DNA of 64,000 nt from an uncultured Verrucomicrobiota bacterium. GTDB taxonomy: Bacteria > Verrucomicrobiota > Kiritimatiellia > Kiritimatiellales > Pontiellaceae. The notes beneath the pieces are model-generated. The model did no database searches and was not told the origin of the DNA. It was given only the letters and a program-made list of their open reading frames with translations. The stretch spans positions 14,483 through 78,482 of the forward strand of contig CAZWZW010000001.1 in NCBI GenBank assembly GCA_964639125.1, written 5' to 3'. Shown in pieces: positions 28,003 through 36,220 of the stretch; positions within the stretch are counted from its first letter, which is position 1; every line of letters starts with the position of its first letter. The position numbers and the translations under genes were made by a program.

Positions 28003-28839
28003 ATGGCCAAACGGACCAAGACAACAAAACGTAAAAAGCCTCAGTATGTTAAGGCAAAGAAGCGCAAAGACGAATCAGCGGCCTTGGTGCGTCGTGCCCT
28101 TACTGTTTTCATGCTCTTGCTGTTGTTTGGCGGCATCATTTTCGGGGTTATGCAAGGGGTCCACTGGATTGGCCGCAAGCTTTACACCGAAAATTCTCGG
28201 TTCGAAATCCAGCACCTGGTCATTGCTAGCGACGGCAAGCTGACGGAGGACCGTATTCGCGAATACACGGGCTTGAAAGAGGGCACCAACCTGTTCGCGG
28301 TTGCATTTGAGGACGTGGAATCGAGTCTGGACAAGGTGCCGGTTGTCGAGTCGGTCTATCTGGAACGCAAGCTTCCCAACACGCTTATCGTCAAGGTCAA
28401 GGAGCGCGTACCCGTTGCTCGCATTTCCGGTCGGATGAAGCGCCGTTACCCCTTTGTGACCGATCGCTATGGATATGTGCTGCCTCCCCGTCAAAGCGCG
28501 GAAAGCCTTCCGCTGATTAAAGGGTTCGAGCTGGATTTGCGGCTAGGCCTTCCGGTTGACCATCCTGATGTTGAAACGGCGCTGAAAATCATTGCCTTAA
28601 GCGATAGCTCCGGCTATCTGCGCAACTATGTCCGGATCGAAAGCCTGGATGTAAAATATTCTGATTTTATTGATATGCGGCTGCAGGGCGGAATCCGGGT
28701 GCGCATGCCGCGGTTTTCGCTCAAACCCAAGCTTCAGAAACTGGCGAGCCTCATCAAGATCGCCAACGGGCAGGGGCATCGTGTAAAGGAAGTTGACCTC
28801 ACTCTCGATTCCGCCAAAGTGCCCGTGACGTATTATTGA
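28003..28839 (+). CDS. ftsQ: cell division protein FtsQ (POTRA domain)
   Basis: Basic N-terminus, a single TM (ALTVFMLLLLFGGIIFGV) and a POTRA-like block FEIQHLVIASDGKLTEDRIREYTGLKEGTNLF. Sits directly upstream of ftsA and ftsZ. Confidence 0.8.
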   Translation: MAKRTKTTKRKKPQYVKAKKRKDESAALVRRALTVFMLLLLFGGIIFGVMQGVHWIGRKLYTENSRFEIQHLVIASDGKLTEDRIREYTGLKEGTNLFAVAFEDVESSLDKVPVVESVYLERKLPNTLIVKVKERVPVARISGRMKRRYPFVTDRYGYVLPPRQSAESLPLIKGFELDLRLGLPVDHPDVETALKIIALSDSSGYLRNYVRIESLDVKYSDFIDMRLQGGIRVRMPRFSLKPKLQKLASLIKIANGQGHRVKEVDLTLDSAKVPVTYY

Positions 28840-28852
28840 TCTCAGGGGAAAC

Positions 28853-30079
28853 ATGGCGATCGAAGCAACGGCAGTTTTGGAAATTGGAACGAGCGCGATT
28901 CGCGTGGTGGTGGGTGAGCTGCGTGAGGACGGCATTGTTTCAGTAATTGGCATTGGCGAGGCGCAGTCGCGCGGAATCCGCAAGGGCGAGATCGTCAACC
29001 GCGACAATGCAATATCCTGTGTTCGCGCCGCCATCAAGAAGGCGGAGGAGGACCGTCGCAAAAGCATTCATTCTATTTTCCTGGTCACCTCCGGCGGACA
29101 AGCCGAAGGAAAGACCAGTACCGGAATCCTCAAGCTGGTCGATGCCGATGATAATCAGCCTTCGGAGATTGGCAAAGACGATGTGAACGAGGTGATTGAG
29201 CTGGCGCGAAAAGTGGCTTTACAGGAAAACCGGATCAAGTTGCACAGTCTACAGCAATATTTCCAGGTCGACGATGTGTTGAACATTACCAGTCCGGTCG
29301 GCATGGCGGGCGAGGAGTTGCGGCAGGATATGCTGACCATTCACGGCAAACGCAGCACGGTAGATAACTTCCGGAAAATCGTCGACGACGCGCCTATTGA
29401 ATGTGCGGATGCCGCTTTCAGCGGTTTGTGTTCTGCGATTGCGGTTGCGAACGATGAGCAGAAACGTTCCGGGGTTCTGGTGGTTGATATTGGTGGCGGT
29501 ACAACTGACTTTGTGCTCTACCACGATGGTTTCGCTCAGACCGCAGGGTCGCTGGCGGTAGGTGGCGATCATGTCACCAACGATATTGCCGTGGGCCTGC
29601 AGATTCCTTCCAGCCAGGCGGAATACGTTAAGATGAAGGATGGCAGTGCGCTGACCAATCTGATGGAGCGCGATCACAATATTTCGATTCCGGCGGCCTC
29701 GCAGGGCTTTTCCGGAAAGATGGTGCGGGCCGTAACGCTGAACACCATCATTAATGCCCGTATGGATGAAATTTTCTCGCTGGTGAAGGAACATGTCGAC
29801 CGGCATTGCCCGAATGTTCCGCTGGGGGCCGGCGTATTGCTGACGGGTGGCGGATCGTTCCTGAACGGGACACGCGATCTGGGGCAGAAGATCTTTAATG
29901 TTCCCTGTGCACACGGAAAGCCATTCGATGTTCAGGGGCTGCCCTCCGCAAAGGAAGGCCCGCTGTATGCCGCGCACATCGGATGCATTCGCTATGCCGC
30001 TTCGCTACAAACGACCGAGGAAAAACCCGGGTTTCGGGATAAGCTTATAAAGTTGTTCTGGGGAGGTCCCCATGCGTGA
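28853..30079 (+). CDS. ftsA: cell division protein FtsA
   Basis: Actin-fold motifs AVLEIGTSAIRVVVGE and VVDIGGGTTDF. C-terminal amphipathic tail KLIKLFWG. Confidence 0.88.
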   Translation: MAIEATAVLEIGTSAIRVVVGELREDGIVSVIGIGEAQSRGIRKGEIVNRDNAISCVRAAIKKAEEDRRKSIHSIFLVTSGGQAEGKTSTGILKLVDADDNQPSEIGKDDVNEVIELARKVALQENRIKLHSLQQYFQVDDVLNITSPVGMAGEELRQDMLTIHGKRSTVDNFRKIVDDAPIECADAAFSGLCSAIAVANDEQKRSGVLVVDIGGGTTDFVLYHDGFAQTAGSLAVGGDHVTNDIAVGLQIPSSQAEYVKMKDGSALTNLMERDHNISIPAASQGFSGKMVRAVTLNTIINARMDEIFSLVKEHVDRHCPNVPLGAGVLLTGGGSFLNGTRDLGQKIFNVPCAHGKPFDVQGLPSAKEGPLYAAHIGCIRYAASLQTTEEKPGFRDKLIKLFWGGPHA

Positions 30080-31229
30080 ACAGACTTCTTCCGATGTAAC
30101 GCCTTTGTCGGTTCCGCGCATGTTGTTGATGGGGATTGGCAGTAGCGGTGTACGCGCGGTTGAAAGCATGTGTCGGCGCAATTCCGGACTGGGTGCCGTC
30201 GTTGTTGATACGGACTCGAAAGTACTTCAAACCGTGACGGCGGGGCAGGTTATCCATGTGGGTAATACGGTTACCAATGGCTTGAGTGCCGGCGGTGATG
30301 TTGAGCTGGGGCGGCAATCGATCGAGAAGGATTCGTCCAGTATTCGGACCTTGTTGCGCAATGTTGACCTGTTGGTGATCGTGGCAGGACTCGGCGGAGG
30401 GACGGGATCGGGAGCGGTTCCGGTGATCACCCGGCTGGCCCGCGAGGCGGGGTCTTTGGTGCTTTGTATGGCCTCCCTCCCATTCAATTTTGAGGGCAAG
30501 AAAACCGCAAAAGTGGCTGACGAAGCACTGAAACGGATCCGCACACATGCCGATGCCATCATCCGTATCCCCAACGAGATGCTGTTGGTGCGTTCCGATA
30601 CGGATATTCCGGCAGAGCAGGCTTTTTCCCGTAGCCATCACCTGATGGCCGACGGCATTTTTTCGCTGTGGCGATTGCTGTCGACCACGGGCATTTCCGG
30701 TCTTGATTTTGCCTCGGTCCATACGATGCTTCGCAACTGCGATGGTTTTTGCCATTTCGCGAGCGCAGAAGGATCCGGAACGGATCGGGCTGCGATCGTG
30801 GCGGAGGGCCTGCTTTCGCATCGGTTGCTCAACAACGGCAAGGTCCTCGGGAAATCGGCGGGTATTATTGTTGGTTTGACCGGCGGGCACGATCTGATGC
30901 TGAGCGAGATCGAGGCCATCATGAATCGGGTTCAAGAGAACCTTCCCGATGAAGTCTGGGTGCAGCTCGGGGTAGCTGTTGATCCGTCGTTTGACGGATG
31001 CCTGTCCGCCATGGTGCTGGTGGCCGAGCACTGGCGGGAGCCGCTGGTGGACAGTGCCAACCGGCAGATGGGACTGACGTTCAGCCGTAGACTGTCGCAA
31101 GAGCAAGGGGAGCTTCCTCTTGAAGCTACAGGGAAAGGCCGGTTTACCCACCTCGATCCCACGATTCACGAAAATCAGGATCTGGATGTTCCAACCTATA
31201 TTCGCCGCGATATCAAACTGCCGCGCTAA
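30072..31229 (+). CDS. ftsZ: cell division GTPase FtsZ (divergent)
   Basis: Tubulin signature GLGGGTGSGAVPV, PFNFEGKK, IPNEML, and a C-terminal peptide DLDVPTYIRRD. GGGAGG RBS. 8-nt overlap with ftsA. Confidence 0.88.
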   Translation: MREQTSSDVTPLSVPRMLLMGIGSSGVRAVESMCRRNSGLGAVVVDTDSKVLQTVTAGQVIHVGNTVTNGLSAGGDVELGRQSIEKDSSSIRTLLRNVDLLVIVAGLGGGTGSGAVPVITRLAREAGSLVLCMASLPFNFEGKKTAKVADEALKRIRTHADAIIRIPNEMLLVRSDTDIPAEQAFSRSHHLMADGIFSLWRLLSTTGISGLDFASVHTMLRNCDGFCHFASAEGSGTDRAAIVAEGLLSHRLLNNGKVLGKSAGIIVGLTGGHDLMLSEIEAIMNRVQENLPDEVWVQLGVAVDPSFDGCLSAMVLVAEHWREPLVDSANRQMGLTFSRRLSQEQGELPLEATGKGRFTHLDPTIHENQDLDVPTYIRRDIKLPR

Positions 31230-31231
31230 CG

Positions 31232-31855
31232 CTACTGCATGAAAAAATTGGTGATGCGTTCGATGCCAATGGTGGTGTCGGGGCCATGTCCCGGATAAAC
31301 GCGGATTTCATCGGGTAGCTGTTTAAGCTTGTTGAGCGATTCCTTGAGCTGGCGCGCATCTCCGCCGGGCAGGTCGGTCCGGCCACACGACCCCTTGAAA
31401 AGCGTGTCGCCGGAAACCATGATTCCGGATTCGGGGAAAAGCAGACAGCACGAACCGGGGGTGTGGCCCGGGGTTTCCAAACATTGAAAATGCATGTCGG
31501 CAAAATTCCAGTCCTTTTCCGTTTCCAGTGGAAGGATCGGGGCGCTGCCGGGACGTTTGGGGACCGGATAGTAGGGTGCAATCTGGTTTCGGCGGTCAAA
31601 AGCCCACTTCAAATCCTTCGAGTGCATAGCAATGGGGGCGGGGTGTTTTACATGCAGTTGCGCCAGCGCATTAATATGGTCGGCGTGCCCGTGCGTACAG
31701 ATATAGGCGGAGACGCTCAGGCCGTTCTCGGTCAGTACTTGGCTGATCCTGTCGGCGTCGTAGCCCGGATCAAAGACGATGGCCTGCTTTTCTGTGTTCC
31801 AGACGAGGTAGCAGATTTCCTCAAAGGCCCCGGTAGGAATCGATTCAATGTTCAT
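31232..31855 (-). CDS. MBL-fold metallo-hydrolase (glyoxalase II-like)
   Basis: HxHxDH motif (CTHGHADH), later TPGHTPGS, and a C-terminal VYPGHG. Confidence 0.85.
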   Translation of the reverse strand: MNIESIPTGAFEEICYLVWNTEKQAIVFDPGYDADRISQVLTENGLSVSAYICTHGHADHINALAQLHVKHPAPIAMHSKDLKWAFDRRNQIAPYYPVPKRPGSAPILPLETEKDWNFADMHFQCLETPGHTPGSCCLLFPESGIMVSGDTLFKGSCGRTDLPGGDARQLKESLNKLKQLPDEIRVYPGHGPDTTIGIERITNFFMQ

Positions 31856-31864
31856 GTGCGAGGA

Positions 31865-32416
31865 TTATTTTTTTTTCTTGTTGGCCGAGGCCTTGCGGGT
31901 ATAGGCGCAGTGGATAACCATGTTGCCTTTGAGCTTGCCCGTGTTTTTCCCGACCGGTTGCACGTTGAGGGTGCGGACGTCGTAGCGGACGCCCTGTTGT
32001 TGCAGATCGGCGAGAAAGCCAACCATGGCTTTGAGCTTGCCTTCCCATGTGCAGTTAATGCCCAACTCAAAAAGATCTCCGGTCGGTTTCTCGTTAAAGG
32101 GTTGGCTTCGGGTGATATCAAGGCCGTGTTTGTGCGAAATGGATTTGATCGTTTTCATCAGCTCCGGAGACACGGAACGCTGTTTGGTGCCGAATACCCG
32201 AAGTTCTTTCTGTAGCGCGTCAAGTTCGCCCTTCCAGCTGTCCTGACGCTTGATGGCGGTTTCGTGCAGTCTGATTTGCTGTTCGAGGTTTTCAATCTCG
32301 GTTTGCATGGCTTTCCATTCATCCGTCTTGCGGTCGACGAGATACCAGGTGGTGCCAATGAGCAGGCAGCCAATCGTTGCAACGCCGAGGATCATTTCCC
32401 GTTGAGAAATCTTCAT
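31865..32416 (-). CDS. PilO/GspM-like pilus or type II secretion assembly protein
   Basis: Single N-terminal TM (MILGVATIGCLLIGTTWYLV), a coiled-coil segment, then an alpha/beta domain. ATGA overlap with the upstream PilMN-like gene. Confidence 0.6.
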   Translation of the reverse strand: MKISQREMILGVATIGCLLIGTTWYLVDRKTDEWKAMQTEIENLEQQIRLHETAIKRQDSWKGELDALQKELRVFGTKQRSVSPELMKTIKSISHKHGLDITRSQPFNEKPTGDLFELGINCTWEGKLKAMVGFLADLQQQGVRYDVRTLNVQPVGKNTGKLKGNMVIHCAYTRKASANKKKK

Positions 32417-33804
32417 TTGGTTTCCTTCTCCGAGGGCAGGACGAGGGTGACGGAAAAAATAGTGCGCCGGGAGCCTTTAGTCGTCTTTGTGGTTCTCGAC
32501 TCGTCTTTTAGTCGTTCAAACAATGGAGAGTCGCTCAGGGTGATGAAAAAGTTGCCTACAATGTCATCGTCGCTGGCCGTGCCACGCAGGGTTACTCCTT
32601 TGCCTTTGATATATTTGAAGGAGACCAGTTCAATGTCGCCGATTGGAAGCAACTGCGTGATCTCGCGCAGGCATTCGAGCGAGGAATCGGTGCGGTCGGT
32701 GTAGGCCTTGAGAGCCTTGAGCTTGTCCCGGTTTTCAAGCGCCTTGTTGGCAAGCGGGGCAATTTGATTGGCGCGTTCCTGTGTGTTGGCCAATCGGGTG
32801 GCGCGTACTTTGTAGATGCTGAAGAAGGTAATTAGAACGACGAGCCAGACGGTAGCAATTATTCCTGTGGTCCGGAAAAACCGTCGCTGAAGCGCCTTTC
32901 GTTTTTGAAGCTCAATCCATTCGCTAGGAATCAATTCAATGTGGAACTCACCGGCCAGCGAACGGCGGACAATCCCTTCGGAAAGCGGCGGGAGGGTCGT
33001 TAGATCATGATGAAGGATCTCGAGCCCTGTTTTTTTTGCCAACTCGTCGCATAATGATGCAGAATCGGTTCCGCCGTTCCAAAGCTGGATGGAGGCGGGT
33101 GCGGGCAGGTCATATTCTGCATCGAGCATCATCAGCGTATAGCTGAGTTCGGTGGTTAGTTCGTCCAATATGTTCGGTGCATCAAAATCGGCATGCAACG
33201 AGCGGAAGGCAATGGGTTGCCCGGTCAGCAGTACGGCCAGGGTCACTTCAATCTGATCGTCGATGATCAAGATTTCGCAGCCTTCGTTGGCAATGAGCTC
33301 CTGCTCATTCAGCAGCTGCAGCCAGCCGAGTACGCGCGCATCGATGCTGTGTATGTTTACGCCCCTCTTTTCAAAGGCTTCGCCGATTTCGTCGATGCAA
33401 CTCCGTTTTGCGGCCGCCATCAATACCCAGGCGGATTCGTCGGTCTGGTTTAGGATTTCGTGGGATATGGCCAGCTGATCGGTGGGGAAGGGGGACACTT
33501 TGTCGATCTGGAACCCCACCATCTCGGCAATCTCGGACGGGTCGGGGGTCGGGAATTCCATGGTGCGCATCAGGAGTTCGGAAGTGCGCAACGAAAGTGT
33601 AATGACCCCCTCCAGTTTTTCCGCTATCTCTTCGGGAAGTTGTTTCAGGTCGAGTTGCTCGCCTTCACCTTCATGATGGATTAAGGGGAGCTCGCCCTGA
33701 TGGACAAGCTCAGTGCTTTCATCCTGCTTGATTTTCAAGCAGGTCCATTCAATGCCCTTAGCTGTGCGGCAGGCTGCTGTGATGATCTTATCGCGTATTT
33801 GCAT
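32413..33804 (-). CDS. fused PilM-like (actin-fold) / PilN-like assembly protein (GspL-type architecture)
   Basis: About 290-aa cytoplasmic domain, a TM (TGIIATVWLVVLITFFSIY), then a PilN-like periplasmic domain. Confidence 0.65.
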   Translation of the reverse strand: MQIRDKIITAACRTAKGIEWTCLKIKQDESTELVHQGELPLIHHEGEGEQLDLKQLPEEIAEKLEGVITLSLRTSELLMRTMEFPTPDPSEIAEMVGFQIDKVSPFPTDQLAISHEILNQTDESAWVLMAAAKRSCIDEIGEAFEKRGVNIHSIDARVLGWLQLLNEQELIANEGCEILIIDDQIEVTLAVLLTGQPIAFRSLHADFDAPNILDELTTELSYTLMMLDAEYDLPAPASIQLWNGGTDSASLCDELAKKTGLEILHHDLTTLPPLSEGIVRRSLAGEFHIELIPSEWIELQKRKALQRRFFRTTGIIATVWLVVLITFFSIYKVRATRLANTQERANQIAPLANKALENRDKLKALKAYTDRTDSSLECLREITQLLPIGDIELVSFKYIKGKGVTLRGTASDDDIVGNFFITLSDSPLFERLKDESRTTKTTKGSRRTIFSVTLVLPSEKETK

Positions 33805-34804
33805 CTTTTTTGACCGGTCCCTCGTTCCAATAGACCACCAAGGAGTCTTTTTGCCTTAGCAGAAAGATACACTCGATTTGGTATTGGGTGCCGAATATGT
33901 CACCCACAGAAGTTACCTTCACATAATTACTTTGCAATTTAAATTTGTTGGGATCAGCTCCGACATCGGCCAGATTCTTGATTCCATCATCAAGGGTCCC
34001 TCCTTGTCCGTCGAGCCCCAATCGTGCATCAAGCACGCCTTCGAGCTCCCAGTCCTCGTATTCTGCATAGCTCAGCATCAGGTTGGTACTCGCCGTATTC
34101 AAGTTGACTTTTCCATCGCCCCAGACCGAAAGGAGGTCGCCAATTCCGTATATTTCATCGCTGTCTTCATCAGCGGCCTTGCCGTAGAGAATGTCCGGTC
34201 CCCATCCTTTGACCAGCAGCAATTCCTCAACGCTGTCAAGTGGCCCGTTTTTAACAGGGTATCCTTGTTCTTCATAAAAAGGGTCGTCGGATTCCGCGCC
34301 ATTCAACTGATGGAGGTCGCCCTCGTCTTTCCAGTCTTCGAGGCAGTCGATCATCGTATCCCACTCCGTAGAGGGCACATTTGCGAATTCAAAGATATCG
34401 AGCCATTGCTCGCGTGTAAGCAGGTTGACGTTGCGCCCGGCTTCGGCCGATTCGATCGTAACGGAAAAGGAGCCGTCGCCCATTTGGATTTCCGAGGTGG
34501 TGGAGAGGCCGCGTTTAATGTACAGCGCGGCTTGCATAAAGCCATCCTTGTCCTCGTCCATATCTTCAATTTCAAGCTCCTTTGCCTCGTTTTGCTTATC
34601 CAGGAGCGCCTGGGCATATTCAATTCCAGAATGTGCGAGCATCTCGGCGTGGAACTTCTTGCGCTTGTACGAAACCAGCATGGATTCCAGCTTAACTTCG
34701 AAGGCGAACGAACCCACGATCAGCGAAAGAATAATCAGCACCCAAAGCGCCACCAGTAGAGCGGCCCCTTCTTTGGATTTGAAGATGGTTCTTCGTGTTG
34801 TCAT
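33788..34804 (-). CDS. GspK-like minor pseudopilin
   Basis: N-terminus KEGAALLVALWVLIILSLIVGSFAFEV and the size are typical of GspK. No Glu at +5. Confidence 0.7.
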   Translation of the reverse strand: MTTRRTIFKSKEGAALLVALWVLIILSLIVGSFAFEVKLESMLVSYKRKKFHAEMLAHSGIEYAQALLDKQNEAKELEIEDMDEDKDGFMQAALYIKRGLSTTSEIQMGDGSFSVTIESAEAGRNVNLLTREQWLDIFEFANVPSTEWDTMIDCLEDWKDEGDLHQLNGAESDDPFYEEQGYPVKNGPLDSVEELLLVKGWGPDILYGKAADEDSDEIYGIGDLLSVWGDGKVNLNTASTNLMLSYAEYEDWELEGVLDARLGLDGQGGTLDDGIKNLADVGADPNKFKLQSNYVKVTSVGDIFGTQYQIECIFLLRQKDSLVVYWNEGPVKKDANTR

Positions 34805-34810
34805 GGAATT

Positions 34811-35680
34811 TTACCTGCCGCCCCCCAGGGGCGGGGTTCCGCCGGCCCCTCCGGATCTGCCAGCCCCTCCGGATCTGCCAGTCTTTCCGGATCCGCCAGT
34901 CCTTCCGGATCCGCCAGTCCTTCCGGATCCGCCTGCTCCACCGCCCCGATTAGCGGAAGCGCCGCTCTGATTTGCTCCGCCGCTTGGGCCTGTGAGCTTG
35001 GCTTCCTGCGAGGGGGCCACGGGAATATCCAGTACACGAACAAACTCCATCGGCTCTTCATCCGGGTCTTCCGATGCCACAAAAACACGAAGAAGGACTC
35101 GCTCGGGAACGGCATTCTCTTTTTCCCAATCATCGGTCCAATCTTCCGTCTCCTCATCCCAGATGAGAATTTCCAGACCCTGTACGGATCGGGTCACCAG
35201 CAGCGGCTCTTCGTCGTACTCTTCCTCCACTTCGTCGTCGTTGGCGACGGCGGGCATGGCGGATGCAAACAAGGCGGGGTCGCCATAGTCGTCATCATCG
35301 ATAAAGATTCTAAGCCGATGAGGCCCTTTTTCAAAGGGCGATCCGGCAGGCATAAATGCGCTGCTGGCGGTCACAAAGCTGATGGAGTCGGTTGGAAGCC
35401 CCCTTGTGGTATCCTTCTCGATTTCGAAGGCATAATTTTTGCGCGGATTGAAAAAGTAGATCGTTGAGTTGATCGCGGCGGCCAGCTGCGCCATTGCAAA
35501 GTCACCATGCTTGATGCCCTCGACCACTTCGGTTCCCCGCTTCCAGCCGCGGATGGTGGCGGTGAACGCCTCGAAGGCAATCGACATTGCAATCGTCAGG
35601 AGCACCATCGCCACCATCAGCTCCAGCAGGGTGAAGCCGCAGCGATCTCTCAGGTTCTGGTTTTCAGTCTCACGTTTCAC
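34811..35680 (-). CDS. GspJ-like pseudopilin with Gly/Arg-rich repetitive C-terminal tail
   Basis: Prepilin motif CGFTLLELMVAMVLLTIAMSIA. Acidic middle region. Tail GGAGGSGRTGGSGRTGGSGKTGRSGGAGRSGGAGG. Confidence 0.7.
   Translation of the reverse strand: MKRETENQNLRDRCGFTLLELMVAMVLLTIAMSIAFEAFTATIRGWKRGTEVVEGIKHGDFAMAQLAAAINSTIYFFNPRKNYAFEIEKDTTRGLPTDSISFVTASSAFMPAGSPFEKGPHRLRIFIDDDDYGDPALFASAMPAVANDDEVEEEYDEEPLLVTRSVQGLEILIWDEETEDWTDDWEKENAVPERVLLRVFVASEDPDEEPMEFVRVLDIPVAPSQEAKLTGPSGGANQSGASANRGGGAGGSGRTGGSGRTGGSGKTGRSGGAGRSGGAGGTPPLGGGR
34846..34935. repeat. 5 x 18-bp perfect-register tandem repeat inside the gspJ-like CDS
   Basis: Units: CCCCTCCGGATCTGCCAG x2, TCTTTCCGGATCCGCCAG, TCCTTCCGGATCCGCCAG, TCCTTCCGGATCCGCCTG. 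In frame (6 codons per unit). Confidence 0.9.
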
Positions 35681-35683
35681 GTT

Positions 35684-36094
35684 TTAAAACTCTTTCGTCA
35701 CGCTTTCGGCATTGGGCGCATACTTGTAGGAAAGGACTTCTTCAAAGGTATCGCGGCCGCGTTCCGACCATTGAACCCGGGTTGTGACCAAAAACAGTCC
35801 CGGTCGTTCCTCTTCATCGACCATCAAAATTTCCCGATTCCAGAGATAACCTTCCGTATCTTCAAAATCACCGGAATCAGCGGATTCCTCAATAGTTTTC
35901 TTGTCGATCGGGTTTTCAACGTCGACCCGGCGGATCAGTGCACGGGCGACTTCCCGGTTGCGCGCCGTGCGCACAACGGAGAGGCAACGCGCCATGGCCA
36001 TCATCATGGATGATACCCCGACGCTCAGGATGACCAGGGCAATGAGAACCTCAATGAGCGTCATACCCCTTTTAAATGCGAATGGCTTTTCCAT
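35684..36094 (-). CDS. GspI-like pseudopilin
   Basis: Prepilin cleavage/methylation motif KRGMTLIEVLIALVILSVG. 136 aa. First gene of the minus-strand operon. Confidence 0.7.
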   Translation of the reverse strand: MEKPFAFKRGMTLIEVLIALVILSVGVSSMMMAMARCLSVVRTARNREVARALIRRVDVENPIDKKTIEESADSGDFEDTEGYLWNREILMVDEEERPGLFLVTTRVQWSERGRDTFEEVLSYKYAPNAESVTKEF

Positions 36095-36220
36095 AGTTGC
36101 AAACAGATGTTCCCAATTTGTGTCCGTGAAATAAAGACAAACATACCCTGCTTTTTATTGCTGGCGAAAAGGCTTATTTTTCGGCATTTTCTCCGGATAG
36201 TCAGATGAGGCGTTCATGTA

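Noticed and set aside
34846-34935. Possible CRISPR array
   Set aside because: The units are contiguous with no spacers, only 18 bp long, in frame within a pseudopilin CDS, and no cas genes are present.
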